Assembly: GCF_036321535.1 (NCBI RefSeq)
Contig: NC_087436.1
Span: forward strand, 41,232,001-41,296,000
Direction of reading: 5' to 3'
Length of the DNA stretch: 64,000 nt
Origin: Camelus dromedarius
Taxonomy: Eukaryota
This document shows positions 1-11,545 of the stretch, piece after piece. The translations under genes were made by a program, and so were the position numbers. The notes beneath the pieces were generated by a model, which saw only the letters and a program-made list of their open reading frames with translations, did not search any database and was not told the origin of the DNA. Every line of letters begins with the position of its first letter. Positions within the stretch are counted from its first letter, which is position 1.

Positions 1-866
1 CATAAGAAAAGAATGAAATCTTACCATTTGTGACAACATGGATAGACCTAGTGAGTATTATGCTAAGTGAAATAAGTCAGACAGAGAAATACCAATACCA
101 CTGATTTCACTAACGTAAAATTTAAAAAAGAAAACAAATGAGCAATATAACTAAACAGAAACAAAGTCACAGACACAGAATAAACAGGTGTTTGCCAGAG
201 GGAAGAGGATGAGGAGGAAGTGAGAAATAGGTGAGGGAAAAATAAGAGGTACAAACTTTCAGTTACAAAATAAATGAGTCATGGCTATGAAATGTACTGT
301 GTGGGGAATATAGTCAATAATATTGTAATATTTTTGTATGGTGGCAGATGGAAACTAGACTTATCACTGAGGTCATTTTAAAATGTATAGAAATATCAAA
401 CCACTATGTCATGCACTTGGAACTAACATGGGTTGCAGGTCAAACATACAGACTCACAGAATAAGACTGACAAAAAAAAAAAAAAAACTCAAAGAACAAA
501 CTCATGGAAAAAGATAAGATTTGTGGTCACCAGAGGTGAGGATGGAAGAAGGGATAAATGTGGTCAAAAGGTACAAACTTCCAGTTATAAGATATATAAG
601 TCGAAGGGATATAACATACAACATAATTAACATAATTATAAGTGCTGTATGTTATATAATAAAGTTAAGAAAGTAAATCCTAAGAGTTCTCATAACAAGG
701 AAAATATTTTTTCTTTTTTTTTAATTGATATGAGATGATGGATGTTCCCTAAAGTTATTGTGGTAATCATTTCACAGTACGTGTACATCAAATCACTAAG
801 CTATAGAACTTAAACTTAGATAGTACTGTTTGTTAGTTATATCTCAGTAAAACTGGAAGAAAAAAA
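1..866 (+). mobile_element. LINE-1 3' end (end of ORF2 and 3' UTR), runs off the window start
   Basis: Typical L1 3' text: gaaatcttaccatttgtgacaacatggatagaccta...tatgctaagtgaaataagtcagacagagaaa; ggtacaaactt(t/c)cagtta occurs twice; ends tatatctcagtaaaactggaagaaaaaa. Confidence 0.9.
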
Positions 867-1594
867 CACAAAAAGGTACTCAGTATCTGCAGCATAATTC
901 AAATAAATTTCACAATAAGATGCTACTGGATATTTACTATATTGCATTCTAAATGGAAAATTATGGAATATACCAAAGTTTTGCAAGAATATAGAAAATC
1001 ATGAACTTTTATACTCTTCAAATAAAATCAGTACATCTATTTGGAAACTTGGCAATATTTACTAAAGCAATACAGAAGTTCTGAAATAAATGAAATTGAG
1101 TGAGCCAAAAATGTTCAATCAAGCAAATTTATCCCAAGAAAGATTACCATATTAATTTTGTAATGTGTTGAGTTCAAAGGGAGAACTAAGTTACTGATAC
1201 TAACAGCACATAAGAAAAGAAAGAGCTATCGAATTTTAAATATTTTAAGGTACTAGGAAGGCATGTAGTAGAATATTAAGTTTTAAATCTTGTAAACTTA
1301 AATATAAATGGTAAACATTTCAAGAGAAATTATATAACTTTTATTCTTTCTGGTAGAGGAAATAAAAATAAAGCAAATCTTACAAAAAGTAAGTTCTCAT
1401 TCAATCTCAAAGACAGCAATAACAGGAAAAAATTGGATAAACACAATACCTGTATAATATTGAGCCTATGTATATAAAAATCACAATACTATAAATGAAA
1501 TAAACTCATAATTTAAAAGAGAGATAGAAACATTGTTTAAAATACAGATGGAATAGTTACAAAATATTAAAAGAAATCAGCACTAAATCAAGGA

Positions 1595-2110
1595 GGGCAA
1601 TCAGGATGGCAGAGGAGGAGGACATGGACTTAACTTCTACCCCAAAACATATCAAAAATATATCTACGTGTGGGACAATTTTCACAGAAAACTAACTAGA
1701 AACTGGCAGAAGAACTCTTATACAACCAAAGCTGCAAGAAAGATCTCCATGTAACAACATAGGATGGAAAAAAAAAAATATGTAGTCAGGACCTATGCCC
1801 CTCGGAGGGATCGGTAAGAAACAGAAGATCTGTATGGACAGACCCTCACCCTCACCCTGGAGAGCAAGCAGGCTGAGCCACAATCTGGGAATCCCAGTTC
1901 TGGGGTCCTGTGTGGAGGAGACAATGCCACTGGCTTGCTGGGCAATCTGCTGGGACAGACAAAAGGGCTGAGAAGCCTAAACTCTACTCTTGAGGACAGT
2001 GCACACTCTAGTTTGCCAATAGTCAGGTGGAAATACCTTGCAATGGTGGCTGGCTGCCTCCTTACCACACCTCCCAATCTGAAGGGCAAACACCCCAGCC
2101 TCATTGGTAC
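1595..2110 (+). mobile_element. LINE-1 5' UTR fragment with no downstream ORF1
   Basis: Starts caggatggcagaggagg (like the aagatggcgg L1 5' start), then cacagaaaactaactagaaactggcagaagaactcttatacaaccaaagctgcaagaaagatctcc, which I recall from laurasiatherian L1 5' ends; locally GC-richer. Confidence 0.65.
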
Positions 2111-4074
2111 CTCATTACTTATAGATTATACTTATGATATATAAAAATCTACTTATAAAGTCTGTGGGAAAGAGTAAGATAAATTGTTTCAATGTTTAAA
2201 TTAAAGAGTTTAGTATGCTAAAATAAAAATAAATTTAAAAGTAAATAAAGTATTCTGCTATGCCATAATTCTGGAAATTATAAGTACATTTTATATGTAT
2301 ATAATTAAGTGATTATAATAATTTATTAATAAGGAAATAACACATACATCTAATAGAATGATAAATGACTACAAGTGCAACATAAACAGATATTAAAGAT
2401 TTGCATAGATGTTTTAACTTTTTGTTCTCAAATAACAATGCAAATTACTAAAGAATATTAAAGTAAGAAAACTCCTACAGATGTCTTTCACAAACTACAA
2501 ATTTCAATTTGATTTCTGCTGGGCTGTGCATATTGAAGACAGATGCTATGGCTCACTACAGAATACCCCTCTATCGAAAACAAGATTGAATTATGGAAAA
2601 TAAAATAACCTTGAAAAAGCCTTATGATAATCCCTAAATTGGAGAAGCATTAGTATACTTGGTAGTTTTTGCTTCATTGCTCTTGGCCAGCTGCCCCTGA
2701 AAAAGTACCACATGTGCACAGTTTTAGCAAACAGGGGGACATCACCCTAGTCAGCATCCACCTGGCTTGGTAGAACTTCTCTCCCCTGATGTGGCTGGTT
2801 CTGCCAAGGAGGCCAGGCATATCTACACTATATACCCGGCTTTCATTTCAGCAAGGACAAACAAAGATAAATACAAAAATCTGGCCTCAATCCTATTGCT
2901 TCTGCACACACCCAACAGTGACTGCAGAGCTTTCCAGGTCTATCTTCACAGGATTTGAGCTGTTATAAAATACACACACATCAAAATAGCCTATTGAGAC
3001 TTTAAAATCTTAGCTTAGGATAATCTGGGCATTAAAGTAGCCAGAGGCACCAAGGCAAATCTGCCCAAGAGGTCTGTGGGAAAGTAACTTGCCTGGAGAG
3101 ATGGAGAGATGCCTCCTTATTTAAGAAAAAAGAAACCTCTAAATAGACATTCTATTTATCTATCACCTATCAACCTATCTACCTACTTTATATATAGCAT
3201 ATTTGTAATAAATATATACACAGACATGTATATACATGTATATATAACCACCATTACAGTTATAGTTGTTACATATAAACACTTAGTTATCCCTGACATC
3301 ATTATCATTGAGCCTATAGTTATACTTTGTTTTACAATATATGATGGAACATGAAACAACTCCAACAATGCAAATGTAACACACCTTTATCACACTCCTT
3401 CCAAAAGCTGAACTGAACTGACAGAAGATATAAACTAATTAACAATTCTGAAGAAGAAAAAAAATTCATCAATAGATCAGTTATTTGGGGTATTCCTAGA
3501 AAATAGGGATAGATTTCCAAAAGGCTAGAATAGAGGTTCCATAATTCAAGTTGTTAAAAAGGTAAGAGGGGATGTTTTTTCTCCAGTGGAATTTATGCAA
3601 TTTTCCATGTTGCTTTATTTTTTAAAAAATACAAAAAGCTGGCATGGCCTTTCAGGCACTTAGGGTAATCATCATCATCAAATAATAAAGTTAATTATTT
3701 CCTAATGAACCTATGGCTAGCCTTGTTTTGGTCCTTCCCTTTTCCAATAAATAAACAATAGCTGTCAGAAGTGATGTGCAATTTAATAAAAGCATAAACA
3801 ATTATTTTCTTAAAAAAAGTGAACATTGTCAGTTACAGATGTTGCCAGAGGAAACAACAGAGAAGAACCTCTATTAACTTACACTTGCTCAGTGAGGAAA
3901 ATGAGATAACAGTAAAGTGGATCCAAGACAGAAGAAAGGAACAGCTTGCTCCCCAAACTCCAAGGGAAGACTATTAATTTACACAGATCCCCAAACCAGT
4001 CCTATTATTCTCAGAGAGAGGTAGTCGAAGAAAGGGACCTCTAGTGCTGTAGAGAAAACTCACCTATGTACCTG

Positions 4075-4240
4075 AATGGTTTAAACTTTGTGTATTGGAG
4101 TCAAATGGAGCAATTCAAAATTACTGATGCCTGGGGACTGTGATTTACCCTGTTTAGCAGGAAGCTTAATATTTCCTTTTCTACTTTTTTTTTTAATGCT
4201 CCCAGTGAGTTTAATTTGCAGCCAACTTTGACAAATGTTG
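4075..4240. mobile_element. MER5B-like hAT-Charlie DNA transposon fossil
   Basis: aaaattactgatgcctgggg ... aatgctcccagtgagtttaatttgcagccaactttgacaaatgttg resembles the MER5B consensus. Confidence 0.6.
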
Positions 4241-4656
4241 GTCTACTGTTAGTATACCCAATTAGGATCATTTCAAATAAGACTAATAGAAAATGCAAAA
4301 ATTAGGTTTAATGTTTCAAATAACAAGATGTTCCTAAGTAGAGGAGAGTTTGGTCAATTCAGTGGCTCCAGGGTATTTTCAAATACTGCCTACTTTTCCC
4401 CCTGCCATCTTTATGGTCAAAGAAGAGCTGCAGCTGCTACATTCTCACACACTAATGCTCAAAGGGAGAAAAAACTTCCTTCCTCTAAATTTTTCTTAAG
4501 GGTGATAAATTTTGAACTGGGTCACTTCTGAGCTTACTGATAACAAGAATAGACTTGTTGTAATTACCCGAACCTAACATATTTACTCAAGCCACATGGG
4601 ACAATGGTAGACAGAAGTATTTGTGCACGGAAAACTGCTTTAAGAAAGCCTCCTAG

Positions 4657-4660
<4 letters not shown>

Positions 4661-4690
<30 letters not shown>
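4661..4690. repeat. (TG)n microsatellite
   Basis: Uninterrupted tg run read directly. Confidence 0.95.
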
Positions 4691-4693
<3 letters not shown>

Positions 4694-5679
4694 CCCCAAA
4701 CCTTTACAGTTCTCTTTCCTACATGGTAAACTTTCTTTTGAAGGTTCATTAGTAACTCACATTTGAGGGTTTGTTTTTTTTTAAAGCATTATGTAGTTTG
4801 AAAAATGGAATTTTTGTTCCTGTTACAATGCATACAAATTTAATTTGTAAATAAACATAACTTTTTCTAGTTAATCATAGAATTTAACTGATGGAGTCTG
4901 AAATCCCAGGACATATATATTACTTGCTAACTGTTTTGCTCTTCCTCCATAACAAATGATATAGTTATTAAGCATGCTGTGAGCAACTATCATGATTTGG
5001 ACAGAAAATGAAAAAATTAATGTGGCACAAACATTGTTTAGTTGAAAGTGGTTAGTTAAGAGTGATTCTGTCCTACGTATATATCAATAACTATTTTTGA
5101 TTCCACCATATTTTCTTTGGCTTTGTTCTTCTCCATTTTTAGTTTCCAGATAAATCAATCCGGGGTGCATGGGAGGGGTTATGCATGAGGGTGTTTCAAA
5201 AAGATAAAAGCAGCAGTTTCATATCATTTTTCTTGATCAGTGTCCTAATTCTATCATTTAGCTTTTTGGCTCTCCATACAAAAGGGAAATATGTCCATCT
5301 TCCTGGCAGTACACAAATTAATCATGATTAAATTTTTTTGAATCACTGTTCTAGTTATTCACACTGTTGTATGCTTTTTCTTTGTTATTTTGTGTGTATA
5401 TTTATCAGAAAGTAGTGTGCTTTATTATGGTATTTATTCATTCCCAACTAATTTTCTTTTTAATTTTAAGAGTAAGATACAGACAGATTACCATTTAAAG
5501 ATTCAAAGTGTGCAGCACTGTAACAGAAAAACTTGTCAGCAAATACAAATGCAAATCTCACCTCTTCTCTCATCAGTTTGGTACTTACTGTGAATTTGTG
5601 TGCTTATCACTTTTTAACATATATGTTGTTATCTCATTAAATATTTACTTAATTATATGATTTGAATATCTTTTTATTT

Positions 5680-6215
5680 AAGAACATTGTTGTGTGACCG
5701 TCACCACCATCAATCAACAGAATTTTTTGTTTTCCCAAAGTGAAATTTTATACCCTTTAAACAATAACTCTCCATTACTACCCTCTCCACAGCTTCTGGC
5801 CAGCACCATTCTACTTTGACCATTTTAGGTGCCTGATCTAAGTGGAACCATACAGTATTTGTCCTTGGGCATCTGCTTTATTTTACTTAGCATAATGTCT
5901 TCAAGGTTCATATATATTGTAGCATATATCAGAATTTCATTCCTTTTTAGAGTGAAATGCATTCCATTGTACCATAGTTGGTATCCATTCATCCACTGAT
6001 GAACACTTGGGTTGTTTGTCCTTAGGGCTATTGTGTATAATGCTGCTATGAACATGGGTACACAAACATCTGTTCTAGTCTCTGCTTTCAATTGATTTGG
6101 TTTACCCAGAAGCAGAACTACTGGACTGTATGAACATTCTATCTTTAATTTTTGAGTAACCACTACACTGTTCTCCACAGCAGCTACACCACTTTATATT
6201 CCTGCCAGCATTGTA
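5680..6215 (-). mobile_element. LINE-1 (L1MB-like) ORF2 C-terminus and 3' UTR fragment
   Basis: ORF 5825-6178(-) reads KLKIECSYSPVVLLLG...DVCVPMFIAALYTIA, the degenerate ORF2p C-terminal motif (KLKIELPYDPAIPLLG...CTPMFIAALFTIA). Confidence 0.9.
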
Positions 6216-6219
6216 TACC

Positions 6220-7100
6220 ACTGGTCCAGCAAGCACATTGGTCACCCCAAGCAAGAACCTCCCTGCAGAGTCTAGTTTACTCGCAGAACTGTGAGAAAAA
6301 AGAAAAAATGAAACAAACAAACAAAAATCCCAAATACATTGTTGCTTTAGGCCACTAAGAATTGTGTTGTCCTATTACAAAGCAGTAAGTAACAGAAATT
6401 AGTAACTAGTAACTAGAAGTTACGGATGACAGTACAACAAAACTTATATGTGACATTAGTTTTGGGATTGGGCAGTAAATAAGACCTGGGGACTTCGCAA
6501 GGAGACCATTAATGAAGTACTGAAGGACACTGACTACACCATTAGAGGTTGGAGGAAAAAGGGATCCATGTTATGCAGTGCCAGAACGTTTGACAACACT
6601 GCTACCTGTGGTAACGTAGAAAAGGGGATTTATGATGAACTGGAGGATTTGGTTTAGGGAATTTCAATGCAGAATGTTCAGAGTGTCAACTGATTTATTT
6701 TATTGTATATGATAAGGTACAGATTGATAAGGTACAGATTGAGAGAGATTTAGAAAAAAAAAAACAGTATAGGTCTCAAGCAGATTTTAGAGAAAATATA
6801 AAGTATCTAAGACTTGCTGGGTTCAAAAATAAAATCATTTTTCATACTGTTACTTCTAGCAGAAGCCGTACATACTAATAAATGAATTAAGGATAAAATA
6901 ATGCCAAGAATATAGATTTCAGACATTTATTGAGAACTCAGATATTTATTGAGATCTCAGAATGGTTCAACAGCGTATTTCTTAGACCCAAGATAAGAGA
7001 ACTTCTAGAAATATTGAAATAATTGTTTCACAGGACTTTGACTCTAAATACATGAAGCCTGGCTCAGAGGTATTTGAGGAAATGGCCTTTTTTTTTTCCA
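6220..7100 (+). mobile_element. MaLR (MLT1) LTR 3' end followed by MLT1 internal sequence
   Basis: cagaactgtgaga...ttgttgctttaggccactaagaattgtgttgtcctattacaaagcagtaagtaacagaaa is an MLT1 LTR end (~6398); downstream gggatccatgttatgcagtgccagaacgtttgacaacactgctacctgtggtaac matches remembered MLT-int. Confidence 0.7.
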
Positions 7101-9229
7101 ATCTAGTAAACACTTGTAAGATTTATAGATGTTAAGTTATTAAGAGGCTGGGGCACTTTTAGAAAAAAATTCAATTGAAATGCCACTTATCTTAGGTAAC
7201 TATACATTTTAATTGTATTGTTTCATTAAGAGAACATCTGAAAATAAAGTTATACTTACTGTATTATTTATATAATAGTTATAATATAGTTCTAAATTTA
7301 AAAAATTATGTCAAGTAGAATTATAGAGATATTATTAGAATCAAGGAGGAAATAAAAGGTACTTCAGTACTAAAACTACTAAAGAAAATGCCATTTTTTA
7401 CTTTTTTTTTAAACTTCTACTGTTATCATTTTTCCTTAGGAATAATTTAGTGAATCATATTCATCACAATCAGTACAGGGCTACTATATGTGATGGGTTT
7501 TCTAATTACAAATTTAAAATACTTGTTTATTTCAATAAAAGAAACTAATTTTTAGAACTTTAATTTTATTTAAAATTTTGATAAAATGAATCATAGATTT
7601 TGCTGTATTGCATGTATTACATATATATTTTTGAAGGGCTTGGTTCTAGAAAACCAACAATGTACTTTTTGTGTTTACTTTTCTTATTAACAGAATAACC
7701 AGATTTCACATCAACAAATATCATATGGGTGGTGAAAATGATTCAGCCTCTTTTTTTGTTTCAATGTTGTTTTCATCTATAGAAAGAATCTTTCATAGAG
7801 CTGAAATTATTGCATAAATTTGCTAAAAAGCAATCTTAATCACTTTCCAGACCTTGATTTCTATATTTGCATTTCCATGAATGTATATTAACTTATCTTT
7901 GTGTATAAAGGAACATATTTGTGGATTAACTTGATCAAATTTAAATGTTTGTGATATCCCAGTGAGCATGAAACCTAGTTACTTGGTTGCACCTGTTCAC
8001 ATAATTGATTTCTATATTCACAGGGATTTTGAAGCACTAAGTGCATGAGGAGTTATCATTAAAGCAGTTTCACAGGGCTCTGAATGTTGTGTTCCAATGA
8101 TCCACAAACTCCAAAAGAATATGAAGGACAACTTAGCAGTTGCTCTGCATATCATGAATAGCTGTTAATTTTTTTCTCTGAGCCATGGAAATGAATCACT
8201 GTGTATTTGCATTAGAGCATTCACTGCCATTCAAGAATTATGTATTCTATCATGTGGAAGAAATGTTAGCTGAAGATTAAATATTCATATTATCTAGGAA
8301 ACCTCTCATGCACTTGAATAAGTGACAGTTTGATAAACAAATGATATATATATGTATATTTTTTCTCAACCAGCTTTCACTTTTGTATTTATATAAGCAT
8401 ATTCATCTGGGCTGGGGCATGGGCAAAGACAACTTACCACAAATTATTCTAATAAACCACTGGATTGATGGCCATTACTCTCAAATACCAGATGGATAAT
8501 TGCTTACAGGTGTTTCCATAAAGAATAACTCTATACATCAATAAAAAGATCAATTTCTCCTATTTAGCATTTCCTTAAATGTCTCAAAGTTAGTACTTAA
8601 GGGTTAATAAGTATTACCATAATAAAAGTTTCTAGATCCTCATACATATTCCAAATTAAGGGATTATCAAGGTTAAAAGTTTTTTTTGTCCCATCAGACT
8701 TCAAGACATTCGCTAGGCCAATATGCATTAATTTGTTAATCCTAAAAATGTTCAATTGTGTGCGTGTGAATAATGTTGTTTTCAGAGTTGTGTAAAATAT
8801 GCTTTTGAAAATATTGCATTATCCATATTTCTCTAATGAGGACAAAATGCCCCTTTTATATTTTAATTTGTATAAAAATTATAGAAATACCACACCTAAA
8901 ATCATTAGGTACAACTATTCAGCCTCCATCATTTGTTAGTGACAGGGAGTCATTAAAAAAAATTAGCATGACAGATCCACTTCAGGAAATTCTAAGTTTA
9001 CTTTTTTTTGTTTGTTTGTTTTGCTGCAATGATGCCACTGTTGAAACTCCATTTTCTTCAAGTGGTCAGGATTTTTCCTCTTATTCTCTGACCATACAGA
9101 AGAATTCCTGGCTTAGGCCTAATCAGAATTTTTTACTTATTTTTCTGTTCACTGTTATGAAGTCTGAAACTATGACTTAAGCTTACTTGCCAAATAAGGG
9201 GTAGACTTGGGGTGAAAAAGGAGGTTGAT

Positions 9230-10990
9230 AAGATTATTTAGATTGCACATATAGACCAGGCTTCCTGTGACAATCTCTTGGAGATTCTAGAGAAAGACGT
9301 TGCTAGTTTTTCTTCAGACCCAAGGAATTCTGTCACTTTGGCTTAATTCAGCAGAAAAAAATGTTACTTACATTTTCTATAGCAGATATATTTGCTGTAT
9401 GGAGCTTCAAGAAAGCCACAGTAAAGTAACAACAGAATTCTCCAGATAACTAGTCTCTTGAGATATAGCCCCAGGCCCTCTGTTGAGCCATGTAGAGACA
9501 AATCTTCTGAATCAGAGTTGCCAAGAGACCATGAAATCTGAGCTGCCCCTCAAGGACTGACCCATCAAGTTAAAATGTGGAATATATACAGCAGCATTCC
9601 AATATTATATGCAAGTAAAACATAGGAGACTGGATTTAAGCAGATCCTGCTGGCACAGTAAACTATCTCACATAGCTTTCCCTCAACTCACCCATAGTGA
9701 CCTCATGGGACTGCATATATACAGTTGTCTGAGGAATGCTAGTACCATGCATGTGGCTTTCAGGAACACTGTCCCCCTATTCAAGGAAGAACCTGAAGTA
9801 GAATAAGTAGGATTCTGAGGTGTGTGTGTGTATGTGTGTCTGTGTGTGTATATAATTATTCATAATTTTATATATATATATATATATAATTATTCATAAT
9901 TAAGAGTTGGCCAGAGACATGGATCCACATAAATCCATGGACAGTCACTAATGGTTAGCCTAGATGGTCAGAGGGTTGGAAGATCAAGACTGAAGGACAA
10001 TGACAAGGGACAGTGGGATGGAGTTGTAAAGATGAGTCTTTAATGATGGGAACAAGGTGTAAGAATGACCCCCCAAAGGGTATGTCCTGTACATGAAACC
10101 ATTAATAATAAGGTGAGCAATGTGAGTAAAACTCTTTGCTATCAGTTGGTCTCTTTTCTCTACTCCAGTATTACTCAATAAGATCACTTGACAAAGTGGT
10201 AATGGTGTCAGGACTGCAACAGAAATAAGCCATGAGCAACAGTGTGGGCTTCTGCATATCAAGATTTATTTGAGTCTTCTATTGCAGAGTGCCCAAGTTT
10301 TGAAAAGCAGAGACCTAAGCAGATTCTCTCGTATGACCCAATTTATTAGTGCCTAGGAATAGGCCAATTATCTTTGACAAAGACTCCCTCCCTATTTATA
10401 TAGCATTCACCTGGGCGTACTGCAATTCAGACCTGTGGGACTTGAGGATGTAAAAGAAGTTGACGTGAACATGAATTTCCTGCTTCCTGATACGCTGTGA
10501 GCAATAAATTGTCTAAATTCATTTAATTTCATGGATCTCTAATTGATCACATTCATGGAAGTGTGGCAAGCAATCCTAGAATCTCCTGCTGCTCAGTTGA
10601 CTTCTTATAAGAGGATTTCTGCTCATTGGAATAAACTGTTGCACTGTCCACAATGTTCTGCCAGCACTACTCTTGAACTTACTGATGAATCCATTCTCTA
10701 TCATCATGTTTCTCTATAACACTGCTTCTTGCAAAGTACAGCAAAGAAACGATAGGCTTATATCCACAAATAGCCCACTACCTTCAAAAATTGGCAACTA
10801 AAATTATGCAACTAACTACTAAAGATTCAAAAACAGAACAAGTTAGTGACAACACCTACCAAAGCACATGTGGGTACAATAAAACCTTTAACTAGCAACC
10901 AGTATGTAGTGCCGTTTCTTCCACAGCCAGAATACACAGGTCTGGGAACCAAGATGTTGAAAGATGTGGCTTCTCAACCTAGTACCTAAA
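9230..10990 (+). pseudogene. pol: Endogenous retrovirus ERVL pol relic (RT connection, RNase H, integrase), heavily mutated
   Basis: Hand translation gives IADIFAVWSF (HERV-L VADRDAVWSL), QETMKSELP (QVTMRPELP), QQHSNIICK (QQHSIIKWK), WPETWIHINPWTVTNG*PRWSEGWK (WPDVRLYTDSWAVANGLAGWSGTWK) and SAVSSTARIHRSGNQDV (TVSPIARIHGSRNQGV), colinear, with stops and frameshifts. Confidence 0.85.
10345..10600 (+). mobile_element. LTR 3' fragment (MER21/MER68/MER77-like) nested in the ERVL pol relic
   Basis: TATA-like tatttatatag, gctgtgagcaataaa poly(A) signal context, acattcatggaagtgtggcaagc; interrupts the pol homology. Confidence 0.4.
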
Positions 10991-11084
10991 AAGCCTCCCT
11001 TATTTTAAATGGCTTATTTATTATTAAGGCTGATTCAATAGAAGTTTGGATATAATTTTTATTGGTTTAACAGCTTGCAGTTAA

Positions 11085-11545
11085 GGTCATCTTAGATTTC
11101 CCTAGGGCCCAACTCTGATATGAGGATTTGCATAAAATTTGTTTACTTGTAAGGTGTCCCCAAGAAATATTGGTAGGAGAGAGGAGAAATATAATAGGGA
11201 AGGGAAAAAAAGCCAGTGCAAGCTACCATGGTGAGCAACTGAAGATACAGCCTGCTGTGAAACTAAGGAATTTCACTTAGAACATACAGCTCAGCTCAGT
11301 GTTAATTCACTTGGAGGAATGGGACCTGGGGTATATCTGTATCAATTCCCATTAGTCACTGGTTGAGAATTGCTCCCAGGAGCATGTTAGTTCACTAGCA
11401 CTTCCATGTGACGTGGGCATATCAGGCTCCACAGGGCGAGAAACCCTCAGGGAAGAAGTCACGAAGCCTGGCAGCTGGAAATTAGTCTGATGTGGCAAAA
11501 AGTTAAATACTGATGGGACATTTGCAGCAACAACAGCTACCACAC
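11085..11545 (-). mobile_element. LTR16-family (ERVL) solo LTR
   Basis: actctgatatgaggatttgcat...agggaagggaaaaaaagcca...caattcccattagtcactggttgagaattgctcc...agaaaccctcagggaag match the reverse complement of remembered LTR16 consensus. Confidence 0.7.

Noticed and set aside
1692..2144. Three overlapping ORFs in a GC-richer patch
   Set aside because: Explained by the lower stop density of an L1 5' UTR fragment; no protein similarity I recognise.
2490..3110. Possible old L1 5' region
   Set aside because: Composition is suggestive but I could not anchor it to a remembered consensus.
8836..9180. 114-aa ORF
   Set aside because: Runs through a ttttg low-complexity tract; no motif or splice support.
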